A stretch of DNA of 63,203 nucleotides, counting the filler, from Candidatus Fermentibacterota bacterium (lineage in GTDB: Bacteria; JAFGKV01): assembly GCA_016928395.1 (NCBI GenBank). It is 6 parts of 6 records of this genome, joined end to end, with 100 filler letters (N's around TTAATTAATTAA, not from the genome) between each part and the next. Parts side by side here need not be neighbours in the genome. Positions count along the whole stretch, not along the records: positions 1 to 11,656 come from JAFGKV010000114.1; positions 11,757 to 19,892 come from JAFGKV010000015.1; 4 more parts are not named here. One strand, written 5' to 3'. Under the pieces are notes generated by a model that was given only the letters and a program-made list of their open reading frames with translations, was not told the origin of the DNA and searched no databases. Below are positions 10,109 through 18,244 of the stretch, one piece after another. Made by a program: the position numbers and the translations under genes. Position 1 is the first letter of the stretch. Every line of letters begins with the position of its first letter.

Positions 10109-10758
10109 GGGGAACCTCCTGTTGAGAGAACGCGCCACGGACTCAGACTTAGCACCCCAGCGCCCTCCACGTGTTCTACGCGCCCGCATACTGGGTGCAC
10201 GACGAGACCTACTACCGAACCAAGAAACAGAGAGCAGGCAGCAACCGCCACATTTTGATTCATCCTCAGTGCGCATCGCGCGGCGACGGCGCCCGGGTGG
10301 CCAGGGGGTGTTCCCAGGGTCCTCACAACGGGACGAACGAGGGACCTCATTGACATGCCAAATCGCTGTAAATCAGTATGCCTGGCCGTGGGAGACCAGT
10401 ATAATCAGGGGAGGCAAGTCCTCCCGGAACAGCATTGCCGACGCAGACGCGGCGCGTTCCTTGCCCACCATCGCTCACTCATCGGGGCCGGCCTCCAATC
10501 CCCCGGCCATTCCGGGGGGCGATGCGGAGGAGCGTATGCAGGCCGCGCAGTGGAAGTCAACTGCTCGATGCCAACCTCGGCACCTCGATCAGGAATGGAG
10601 AAGGCGCCAGCATGCCTGCGGGCAGAAACTGTCTCACGATAAGGTGTAGATAATGCGCTGTTGAGCCCGACCCGTTCGCGGCTTGCCGCCGGTTGCCCCG
10701 CACCGCTGGATGCGAGGCTCCTACACCGAGGCCGCGGCGCCGCGCGCCTGCGATGCGC

Positions 10759-10788
10759 TGTACTCTCAACCTCGAAAAATCTGAGTGC
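10759..10788 (+). repeat. Dispersed 30-bp repeat, copy 1 (IS/MITE terminal-repeat-like)
   Basis: TGTACTCTCAACCTCGAAAAATCTGAGTGC is 27/30 identical to the reverse complement of 41238-41267. Confidence 0.6.
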
Positions 10789-10938
10789 GCCCCGCGCCCT
10801 CACAGGCCCGACTGAACCCCGAACCCTAGAGCCTACGAGCGAAACGAGCGGTAGCGACAACCGTGGACAGCGGGCAACCCTGTGTGCAACCCCTCGAAAT
10901 GGCGGCAGGAGATACCCTTACGCAGCAAGGCTTTGGAC

Positions 10939-10964
10939 TGGCTGGGGCGGTAGGATTCGAACCT
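10939..10964 (-). mobile_element. tRNA 3'-end fragment (Gln-like), putative att site
   Basis: Minus strand AGGTTCGAATCCTACCGCCCCAGCCA = T-loop, acceptor 3' strand and CCA; no anticodon or D arm upstream; flanked by short direct repeats. Confidence 0.75.
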
Positions 10965-11656
10965 AAACCAGGGCCTGAACGTCCCCACGACAACTCCGAT
11001 ACACCGACGAAACAGGAGGGCGACAAGAACGATGCACCACAAGGAGTTGGGTGACCCTCATTGTCAGAGGTGAACACAATCTCGAACAGGTTTGCAGCAC
11101 CTGGTGAACACCTTGATGACACCCAAGATGTGTCACCCGTGTGTCAAGAGGAGGAACCTCCGTGCGAGCGGCACGACTATGATCCCGAGACGAACCGCCT
11201 GGGACGCGACCTGCTTCCCCACTCCCCACGCAACTTCCTCCTGCATGGTGGAGAGACACGCCCTCACGGGTAGATGGCGATAGATGTTACAGATGCCGAC
11301 GGGCGCGTCGATTCGTGATTGTCGTGGCATGCTACCTAGCCAATGCTGCGTTCCTTCAGCTCGCAAGTTGGCGCTTTACCAATGTCCCGAGTGCCACCCA
11401 AGAGCCACCCTACGCTCTTCGGTTCCAGCTTCAGGTGAGGACCCGTGGCTCAGTCCAAGGTTGGAGTGGTGCCGCAACGATCGGCCGATGGAGCTTCGTC
11501 GGCCTATCGGGAGAGCCGGGTGCGGGCAAGAAAGTCCTAATGTCATCTACGTCCCGTGCGCCGGTGAATGTGACCCGCCGGGGAGCATGGGGCACGGCGC
11601 CGAGCTGGCCCCATTGACCGGAACCAGGGGATCTCTCGCGCGAAGATTATAGATTA

Positions 11657-11756
11657 NNNNNNNNNNNNNNNNNNNNNNNNNNNNNNNNNNNNNNNNNNNN
11701 TTAATTAATTAANNNNNNNNNNNNNNNNNNNNNNNNNNNNNNNNNNNNNNNNNNNN
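11657..11756. other. Artificial contig linker
   Basis: N44-TTAATTAATTAA-N44 (stops in all six frames). Confidence 0.98.
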
Positions 11757-11889
11757 ATCTCCTGAATCTGATGGGTTCTCACGGCTCGCCCCGCGTCCGC
11801 ATGCCCGAAGAATACAGAATAAAGATTTGACCCCGCGTCGACCCCGCCACGCCCTTTCTGCACCAACATCCCCGGGTGCCCCGTGAGTT

Positions 11890-11919
11890 CTGGATCACCC
11901 GGTCGAGCCGGGTGGTGAC
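11890..11919. repeat. Palindromic REP/RPE-like element
   Basis: CTGGATCACCCGG-TCGAG-CCGGGTGGTGAC hairpin resembling GTCA-ended palindromic repeats. Confidence 0.5.
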
Positions 11920-12036
11920 GAGATGACCGGGCTTGCCCTGGCACCGGCGCTGTGCGCCCCGGCGCCTGCGGATGCAGGGAAACGTGACGTCAGGGAAACC
12001 CACACTGATAACCCTGGATTGCCTGCAAAGTGAGGC

Positions 12037-12549
12037 TTACTCCGGCCACTCCTCGTCGGAGATCCTGCAGGTTTCGCGGCAGACTTCGGGGCGGAGGTAG
12101 AACCCCGCACCAAGGAGTGCCTCGAGCATCGGCGCAACCAGAGGCAGAAGACCATCCCGTTTGGCCGCGGTGAGGATGCCTGTCGTTCCCGTCATTGCCA
12201 GGCCGTGCACCCGCGCGATTCGCCGCGCGAGGCCATCATCCAGCACGAGCAGCACATCATGCCCCAGCTCCAGCCCCAACGCGATGACTTCGGCCTCCCC
12301 CGCGCCGAGATCCGGTACCATGAGGAGCAACTGAGGTAGGGGGGTAGCGCGCCTCTTTGCCCACGGCAGTTCTCTCCAATCGGGGACATCGTAGCCCTCG
12401 TCGCGTCCCCTCTCCAACTCCGCGCACACGGAGTCAGGCAGAATCACCTCGCCGTACAGGGCAGGCAGCAAATCGAGACGGCCGATTCTATGGAGGTAGA
12501 CGATCGGCGAGGTGTTGCAGACAACCGTGCGCGGCGGTCGTCTACGCAT
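12037..12549 (-). CDS. DUF3368-family PIN-domain toxin
   Basis: VVCNTSPIVYL, LGAGEAEVIAL, LVLDDGLARRIA, GTTGIL..AK motifs; start overlaps stop of upstream antitoxin. Confidence 0.9.
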   Translation of the reverse strand: MRRRPPRTVVCNTSPIVYLHRIGRLDLLPALYGEVILPDSVCAELERGRDEGYDVPDWRELPWAKRRATPLPQLLLMVPDLGAGEAEVIALGLELGHDVLLVLDDGLARRIARVHGLAMTGTTGILTAAKRDGLLPLVAPMLEALLGAGFYLRPEVCRETCRISDEEWPE

Positions 12550-12793
12550 TCCGCGCGTCTTCCTGAACTTCCTCTGGAGAGGCGTCGAAGATCGGGACGC
12601 GGTATTCGGCGGTCTTGGACAGGAAGGCCACCCTTGACAGCCCGGCCAGCTGCGCGGCCCGACCCGACGACAATCGGCCAAGTTCACACAACTTCATGGC
12701 CGCTGCCAACGAGAGCTCCCGCCCAAACGTCTCAGCGTCTTCCTTGAGGGAGATCAGCACTTCCTCTGGGCATTGCACCATGATGCTGGTCAT
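12542..12793 (-). CDS. UPF0175-family antitoxin
   Basis: 83 aa; AAMKLCELGRLSSGRAAQLAGLSRVAFL HTH signature; GGAGG RBS. Confidence 0.9.
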   Translation of the reverse strand: MTSIMVQCPEEVLISLKEDAETFGRELSLAAAMKLCELGRLSSGRAAQLAGLSRVAFLSKTAEYRVPIFDASPEEVQEDARNA

Positions 12794-13497
12794 ACGCCAT
12801 TCCTCCCGGGTCGCGAGGGCTTCTCGCCGATCATCCGCCTGGGCCGACGTCGTGCTCGTTCGGTGCGAGTAGCGTGGTGGCGGCCATGTGTCGGTAGCGA
12901 TCTAAGGCCCTCGCGCTCCATGCGTCTAGTCGACGTCATGCGATCATCGCATCATCTTCGACAGACAACAGCCACAAGAATGTAGCATGGGCGGGCATTG
13001 GGAGCAACGCCTGCCGCCGATTCGTCACGACTGCCGAGGTTTCTACGCGATGGGATAGTGTCTTGTCCCGGAACTACCTTCGCATTCCGCGGACGACACC
13101 TCGCGGCCTCCTGCGTTGCTCGTGGGTCTTCGCATCCCTATGCCCTCCCGGGCCGGTGAGGTGGCCCATGGGATACGTGCCCTTCTCGGGTCCTGGATGT
13201 CGAGCGCCTCGTCTCCCTCGGCGCCCGAATCCTGATGCCCCCGTAGGTATCACGGAGGGGATTCACAAAACGGCAGACCAAGTGCGGCGCCCAGGGGGAA
13301 ATGGGAGCTCCAACATCGATGAGTGATAGACAGCGAGAGGCTCGCACCATCGATGATCTACATGTCAACGCCGTTTGGAAATGGCTCTTCTTCAGCCGAT
13401 CAGAAAAGGACCTCTTCTTCCCTCCCGTCTCCCGCGGCTCTTCGTCTCGCCCTGAATCGAGCCCCGCTCCGCCCCGTCCACGTCAGCCGTTCTGGGG

Positions 13498-13535
13498 TTG
13501 ACCGAGTCCTCAACAGGTGTTACTATTGGTAACAC
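13498..13535 (+). promoter_or_regulatory. Sigma70-type promoter with overlapping inverted-repeat operator for mazEF-like pair
   Basis: TTGACC-N17-TACTAT; GTGTTAC-N5-GTAACAC (13517-13535) overlaps the -10 box. Confidence 0.7.
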
Positions 13536-13571
13536 ATACTGTACTCCAAACTGCTCAGAAGGAGATCATAC

Positions 13572-13850
13572 ATGCGAACTCCGAATGCGTCCACCATCGT
13601 TCGTCGGAGTGTGGCCCTGCCGCGGTCACTCGTGGAGGAGGTCACTCAATGGGTGCCCGAGCACCTTCGTGGCAACTTCAATCGTCTTGTCGCTGTCGCA
13701 CTCTCGGAGTACGCGACGAACAGGAGGCAACAGCTCTTTGAGCAGGCCATGGCAGATATGGCCCGTGATCCTCAGATCAGGGCCGCATGTGCCGGCATCG
13801 AGGAGGAATTCTTGACCACGGAATGGGATGGCCTGGGAGAACTCTCATGA
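13572..13850 (+). CDS. Ribbon-helix-helix antitoxin (MazE-like role)
   Basis: RRSVALPRSLVEE RHH-like N-terminus, acidic tail EEEFLTTEWDGL; AAGGAG RBS; ATGA overlap with toxin. Confidence 0.8.
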   Translation: MRTPNASTIVRRSVALPRSLVEEVTQWVPEHLRGNFNRLVAVALSEYATNRRQQLFEQAMADMARDPQIRAACAGIEEEFLTTEWDGLGELS

Positions 13851-14206
13851 TACGGCGGGGAGAGATCTACTTCGTCGAGCTCAACCCGACACGGGGAAGG
13901 GAGCAGGCAGGCAGACGCCCCGTCTTGGTCGTGTCTGCGGACGCCATCAACGCACAGCCGCTCGTGGTCACCGTGGTGGTGGGGACCGATGCCGCCAACC
14001 TCTCGAGAGACTACTTGACGAATGTACGGGTTTCGAGGGCTGAATCAGGCCTCCCACGGGATACGGTCTTCCTGTGCTTTCAGATCAGATCACTCGATCC
14101 TTCGCGGTTCGCTTCCGGCTCAAATACGCCGGGTCCCGCGGCGATCCTCTCGGTCTCGAAAATGCAGGAAGTTGACGCGGCTCTCCGTCTCGTCCTTGGG
14201 CTTTGA
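13847..14206 (+). CDS. mazF: PemK/MazF-family endoribonuclease toxin
   Basis: MIRRGEIYFVELNPTRGREQAGRRPVLVVS; FQIRSLD. Confidence 0.93.
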   Translation: MIRRGEIYFVELNPTRGREQAGRRPVLVVSADAINAQPLVVTVVVGTDAANLSRDYLTNVRVSRAESGLPRDTVFLCFQIRSLDPSRFASGSNTPGPAAILSVSKMQEVDAALRLVLGL

Positions 14207-14327
14207 CCTTCTCCGAAGCGCGGTCTGTGCTCCCATGGGCCTCAGATCAGAGCCGCGACTTGACATCTTACCAACGTGCCGGGCGCCAGTGATCTGTGGC
14301 CGCGCCGTCAGATGTTGAAGTATGCCG

Positions 14328-14612
14328 TCATCGACGGCGGTAGACGTCCCGGCGGTGGCCGATTCTGATCACGAGGATCAGGAGCACCTCGTCCTCGATC
14401 CGGTAGATGATCCGATAGTCCCCAACCCGGAGCCGAAGCAGACCGTCTCCTCCCTGGAGGGTTATCGCGCCCTCAGGCCGAGGGCTCACGGCAAGTTGGA
14501 GTATCCGGGCATCGATGCGTCTCAACGCACTCTTCGGCAGCGCTTCCAGATTGCGCCGCGCCTCGGGGGTGAACCGAATTCGATAGACTCTGCCCGAACA
14601 GACGGCCATCAT
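14328..14612 (-). CDS. relE: RelE/ParE-family toxin
   Basis: YRIRFTPEARRNL...LRLRVGDYRIIYRIED...IRIGHRRDVY. Confidence 0.92.
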   Translation of the reverse strand: MMAVCSGRVYRIRFTPEARRNLEALPKSALRRIDARILQLAVSPRPEGAITLQGGDGLLRLRVGDYRIIYRIEDEVLLILVIRIGHRRDVYRRR

Positions 14613-14866
14613 GCCAGAGTGAGGTCGGCCCGGATCGTCTCGTAGGCGATGGTCCCCTTTTCCTCAGCTTCCCGGAGCGCCTCCTGCGCCGCCTCTAGAT
14701 CGAGGTGATCTTCCAGTCGATCGAGCAACGCGAGATCCTCCATGGGAACCAGTGCCGCGACATCCTTACCCCGTCGCTCCAGCACGATCCGCTCTCCACG
14801 GTAGACAACGCGGTTCAACGTGTCGCCGAAGGTCTTTCGGGCCTCCATTACGTTCAAACGTGTCAT
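14609..14866 (-). CDS. Phd/YefM-family antitoxin
   Basis: LNVMEARKTFGDTLNRVVYRGERIVLERRGKDVAALVP; ATGA overlap with toxin. Confidence 0.92.
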   Translation of the reverse strand: MTRLNVMEARKTFGDTLNRVVYRGERIVLERRGKDVAALVPMEDLALLDRLEDHLDLEAAQEALREAEEKGTIAYETIRADLTLA

Positions 14867-15421
14867 GGCTCATCCTTCACTGCAATCGCTCGAAAAAGTC
14901 GTTTTGTTCGTTACGCTCATTTAGTGCATTCCGAGCGGCGAGTCAAGGGTGCCTCGACCCTACAATCCAATCGCGCCACGACGGCCTGGATTCCGTCTCC
15001 GTCGACGCCGACGTCAGATGCAATACAGTCGCCAGTATGAAGATTCGCTGGGTATCACCGGGATCTCTCCTGGCGACGAAGGATGGCATACTCCTGCGCG
15101 CAGTGGCGAGTCGGATCGATCGAAGAAGACCATTTCCGAGACAGTGTTGGAAGTGTCGCGGGAGGGCAGAAACGCCCTCCCCTACATTGCGCGGGAGTGG
15201 CGTTCAGGTCAGGCCGGCCGGGTGCTGTCGGGCCTGAAGGCCCTCCTACAGAGCGTTGGATCACCGCCGAGCGGTGGGGTGACGCGCCGTTTCGCTCGCG
15301 ACCGGCTTGCCCGTAGCGAGGCACTGAGGCATCATGCCTGCGCGTGGGGATGAAACTCGGCTCCATGCCGTGTGATTGTCGGCTGACGGCTGTTCAATCC
15401 TATATCCCCAATCGGTTGGCC

Positions 15422-15451
15422 AAGGCCGCTGCAGTCAGCGGCCTTTTCTTT
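15422..15451 (+). terminator. Intrinsic terminator
   Basis: AAGGCCGCTG-CAGT-CAGCGGCCTT followed by TTCTTT. Confidence 0.75.
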
Positions 15452-15522
15452 GTGTAGTAGCTGCCATACGCAGCGAATGGCGTGTCAGGATACCGAGGGA
15501 AGGTGCAGCCATCTCAGGCTGG

Positions 15523-16311
15523 TCATGGGGTCGGGTTTGTTGCTAGCGCTTCCGACAGGTATCGACTGATCCGGTCCCGGTTGGCCAAGAGACTGGAGAA
15601 TTGCTTCTCGCAGACGTCACTGAAGCGCGCGAGTACCTTGCGATTGACCTGCTCTTGATCCTCGTGGATAGCGAGGGATCTGAATGTGAGTCCCCACCGC
15701 TCAAACTGCAGCAGGCTTATGGTGGCATCCCGGACCTTGTCATCATTGGGGAGCGCGAATGCGAGGATAGGACGGGCCATTCCGCTTATGCGACAGTCGA
15801 CGGTGTATTTGCCTTCCGGATCGTGAGCAGAGTCCGACCAGTCGAAAACTCTACGGTTCTCGGGTACGTGCTCCGTGATGAAGGAGCGGAAGTCGTCCAT
15901 GAAGGTGGAGCGAACCCGCTCTCGAGACAGGAAGGAGACATCGGAGATCTTGAGAAGGGCCTGAACAAAGCTGTAGAGGGCATCGCCATAGTGGCCTTCT
16001 TCCAGCGGTACCAGCAACTCCCCATGTCGGTCTGACACGCCGAATCCGAGGAGGGAATTGCTGATGATTTTCTGGCGCGTACCACGATGCAGATCGCTTT
16101 CGTCCAACCTGTAGGTGAGATGCATATAGGTGTGCCCCTCGTCCGACAGGATCCAGCGACCATCATCAGCCTTGAGCACTATTGGTAGATGGTCTCCATC
16201 GTCGAACATGAAGGGCGTCTCGACGCGATAGCGCTGGATCCCTTCAGGGAGCAACCTGATCCTCTCGGTTACTTTGGCAGTGAAGTCTCGCTCAATCGTT
16301 TCCACCAACAT
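15523..16311 (-). CDS. DUF1828(/DUF1829)-domain protein
   Basis: TPFMFDDGDHL, ILSDEGHT, FVQALLKISD, STFMDDF motifs; C-terminal nuclease-like YTVDC region. Confidence 0.8.
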   Translation of the reverse strand: MLVETIERDFTAKVTERIRLLPEGIQRYRVETPFMFDDGDHLPIVLKADDGRWILSDEGHTYMHLTYRLDESDLHRGTRQKIISNSLLGFGVSDRHGELLVPLEEGHYGDALYSFVQALLKISDVSFLSRERVRSTFMDDFRSFITEHVPENRRVFDWSDSAHDPEGKYTVDCRISGMARPILAFALPNDDKVRDATISLLQFERWGLTFRSLAIHEDQEQVNRKVLARFSDVCEKQFSSLLANRDRISRYLSEALATNPTP

Positions 16312-16313
16312 CT

Positions 16314-16796
16314 CTACCCCTCCAGTGGCAGTTCGATCTGCGTGCCACACGGTTCGACGAAGGCGCAATCATCAATCATACACCGCAGCGCACTCCTTAG
16401 ATCTGAAAACCTCTCGGTAGGAGTTGCGAACCAATCCTCATCAAGCCCTTGCTCCTGATAGCGTTCAGTCGCCTCGTGTATGTGATAGTCATAGAACGTC
16501 TCTCGCTCCAGTCTGTTCGTGTGCGGGCCGTGTTTGCCGTTATAGCGTCGGAGACGGAACAGGGTGTTCACGTTGGGAAGGCGATGGGCGAGGATGACCG
16601 AGAAGTCAAACGGATTGTGGCTGCTCTGGCGGAGGATGAGCTTGAATTCAGAACCAGCCTGACCAGTGATGGCAAGTTCCGCCTCCATATGGCCCCGCTT
16701 GGACTTCAGAACGATGCGGCGTTCGTAGTCCATTGGAAGCGGTTTCGGCTCCTCGATCAGCCGCTGGATCTGTACATCGTCGAGCACGGCACTCAT
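16314..16796 (-). CDS. DUF6978-like hypothetical protein
   Basis: LRRYNGKHGPHTN...YHIH motif; stop lies 2 nt before the DUF1828 start. Confidence 0.65.
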   Translation of the reverse strand: MSAVLDDVQIQRLIEEPKPLPMDYERRIVLKSKRGHMEAELAITGQAGSEFKLILRQSSHNPFDFSVILAHRLPNVNTLFRLRRYNGKHGPHTNRLERETFYDYHIHEATERYQEQGLDEDWFATPTERFSDLRSALRCMIDDCAFVEPCGTQIELPLEG

Positions 16797-17061
16797 CACG
16801 ACCCCCAGGTCAGAGGATCCCAATCCCTTACAAGCCAAAGAAAACCCCCCGGGGGATTCCCGTCAAGGCGGCGCATGCCCACTAAAGCGTTTCATGTGGC
16901 ACTGCTGCCTAGAACTACGACCGGCCAGAATCCCCAGTCATCTGGAGGTGGATCACCCGTGCAGGGTGAGCGTGGAAGGGCCCTTCGGGGCCTTCTCATC
17001 TGGGTGGAGTATGGTGCCATATCCCAGGCAGACCAGTCAAGGCCTCTGCCGGAGCCGGCTC

Positions 17062-17841
17062 CTATCTGACTGAGGCTCGTGCCGTTGGCCTTCTCGGCAA
17101 GCGAATCGGAGTTTCGGTCTTGGAGATCCCCGTCGAGCGCGGCCACTCATCCCATGTGCGCCCCTCCATCACCCGCCCTGCCTTCTTCTTGTTGGTTCCG
17201 CCCCACTGCTTGAAGAAGAACGATATGCCGGTTGCCCGGCATTGGTCGCGGATGTGGGCTACCCACTCTTCGAGCATCGGCCTGGCCGCGGGCCCTGATT
17301 CACCTCCCACGATTACCCAATCAATGCCGTCCAGATCGACATAGCCAAGATCCTCGAGTAGAGGCTCGAACGAGACAAATCGCACGTGGGCCAACGCCTT
17401 GCGGAGGCAATCCAGCCTGGGAAGGTAGTCGCGCGTCTCGACACTGACCCCCATCCAGACATTCTGCGGCCAGTCCAGCCTGGCCCCGAGGGACTCCAGG
17501 CGTTCTGCTCTTTTCGTCAGCACCTGGAATGTGTGCCACGATGCTTCACGCATGACGGCGAACACGTCACGGATGAACTCATCAGGGACCTCTTCGTGGA
17601 AGAGATCGCTCATGGAATTCACGGAGACCGTTTGGGGCCGCTTCCACGACAAGGGGAGTTGCAGAGCTTGAGGATGGCACGTCACTTCAAAGCCTTTGGC
17701 GTAGTTTGCTTGCCCCATTGCCTGGAGACGCAGCGCCATGCGTTCGGCGTAGCAGTTCTGACACCCGGGACTGACCTTGGAACAGCCTGTCACAGGGTTC
17801 CACGTGGAGTCCGTCCACTCGATTGTCGATCCCTGGCCCAT
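17062..17841 (-). CDS. DUF5131 (phage Gp37/Gp68) three-Cys radical-SAM-like protein
   Basis: IEWTDSTWNPVTGCSKVSPGCQNCYAE, NSMSDLFH, SFEPLL, WVIVGGESG, FFFKQWGG. Confidence 0.93.
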   Translation of the reverse strand: MGQGSTIEWTDSTWNPVTGCSKVSPGCQNCYAERMALRLQAMGQANYAKGFEVTCHPQALQLPLSWKRPQTVSVNSMSDLFHEEVPDEFIRDVFAVMREASWHTFQVLTKRAERLESLGARLDWPQNVWMGVSVETRDYLPRLDCLRKALAHVRFVSFEPLLEDLGYVDLDGIDWVIVGGESGPAARPMLEEWVAHIRDQCRATGISFFFKQWGGTNKKKAGRVMEGRTWDEWPRSTGISKTETPIRLPRRPTARASVR

Positions 17842-18074
17842 CAGTGCAACTCCCTTAGCAGATGATTCGCAATCCGGAGTGCGGTTCGCTGCCCGGTTGG
17901 GCTCCCCACAGCGAAGCACAGGAGGTACAACGGGTTGTTCGTCTTATTCTTGAGGATTCCGGGCGGTTCGGCTACGCCTGCAAACAGCTCACGGAGACGG
18001 TTGTTGAAGTAGCGCCCTATCGTCTCCATGGTCGCCTTCTCAACGCGTGCCTGCTCGTCGCCGAAAAGGTCGGG
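17841..18074 (-). pseudogene. tcmP: 3' remnant of three-Cys-motif partner gene (TcmP)
   Basis: DLFG...YFNNRLRELFAGVAE...LKNKTNNPLYLLCFAVGS...ALRIANHLL resembles the TcmP C-terminus; TGATG coupling to DUF5131; 5' part missing. Confidence 0.7.
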
Positions 18075-18084
18075 GGGCACGCTG

Positions 18085-18192
18085 ATCCACCGGAAGCTGG
18101 CCCGCTGACCAGTGCCTCGCTCGAAACTCATCGGCGCGATCCTGAATGTCATGATCTGGGATGAACGGTGCTCTGAACCCCCTGCCGGACAA
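18085..18192 (-). pseudogene. 5' remnant of ImmA/IrrE-like metallopeptidase gene
   Basis: TTG-started frame MSGRGFRAPFIPDHDIQDRADEFRARHWSAGQLPVD resembles ImmA/IrrE N-termini; similarity stops where the tcmP remnant begins. Confidence 0.5.
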
Positions 18193-18244
18193 ACCCCTCA
18201 GCTCCTCCGGAGCTTGTCGACGAGAGCGGGCACCCCGACCACTA

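Noticed and set aside
10939-11015. Complete tRNA gene
   Set aside because: Only the T-loop and acceptor 3' strand are present; upstream sequence cannot form anticodon or D arms
11274-11656. Short ORFs between the att site and contig end
   Set aside because: No recognisable integrase or other motifs in any frame
13314-13368. CATCGATGA direct repeats next to a minus-strand TTGACA
   Set aside because: No good -10 box or credible downstream gene; may be chance
14949-15353. 134-aa plus-strand ORF, with a faint antitoxin-like KKTISETVLEVSREG segment
   Set aside because: No RBS or recognisable family; resemblance too weak to call
12037-16800. Integron cassette array (TA pairs as cassettes)
   Set aside because: No convincing RYYYAAC...GTTRRRY attC hairpins between modules and no intI
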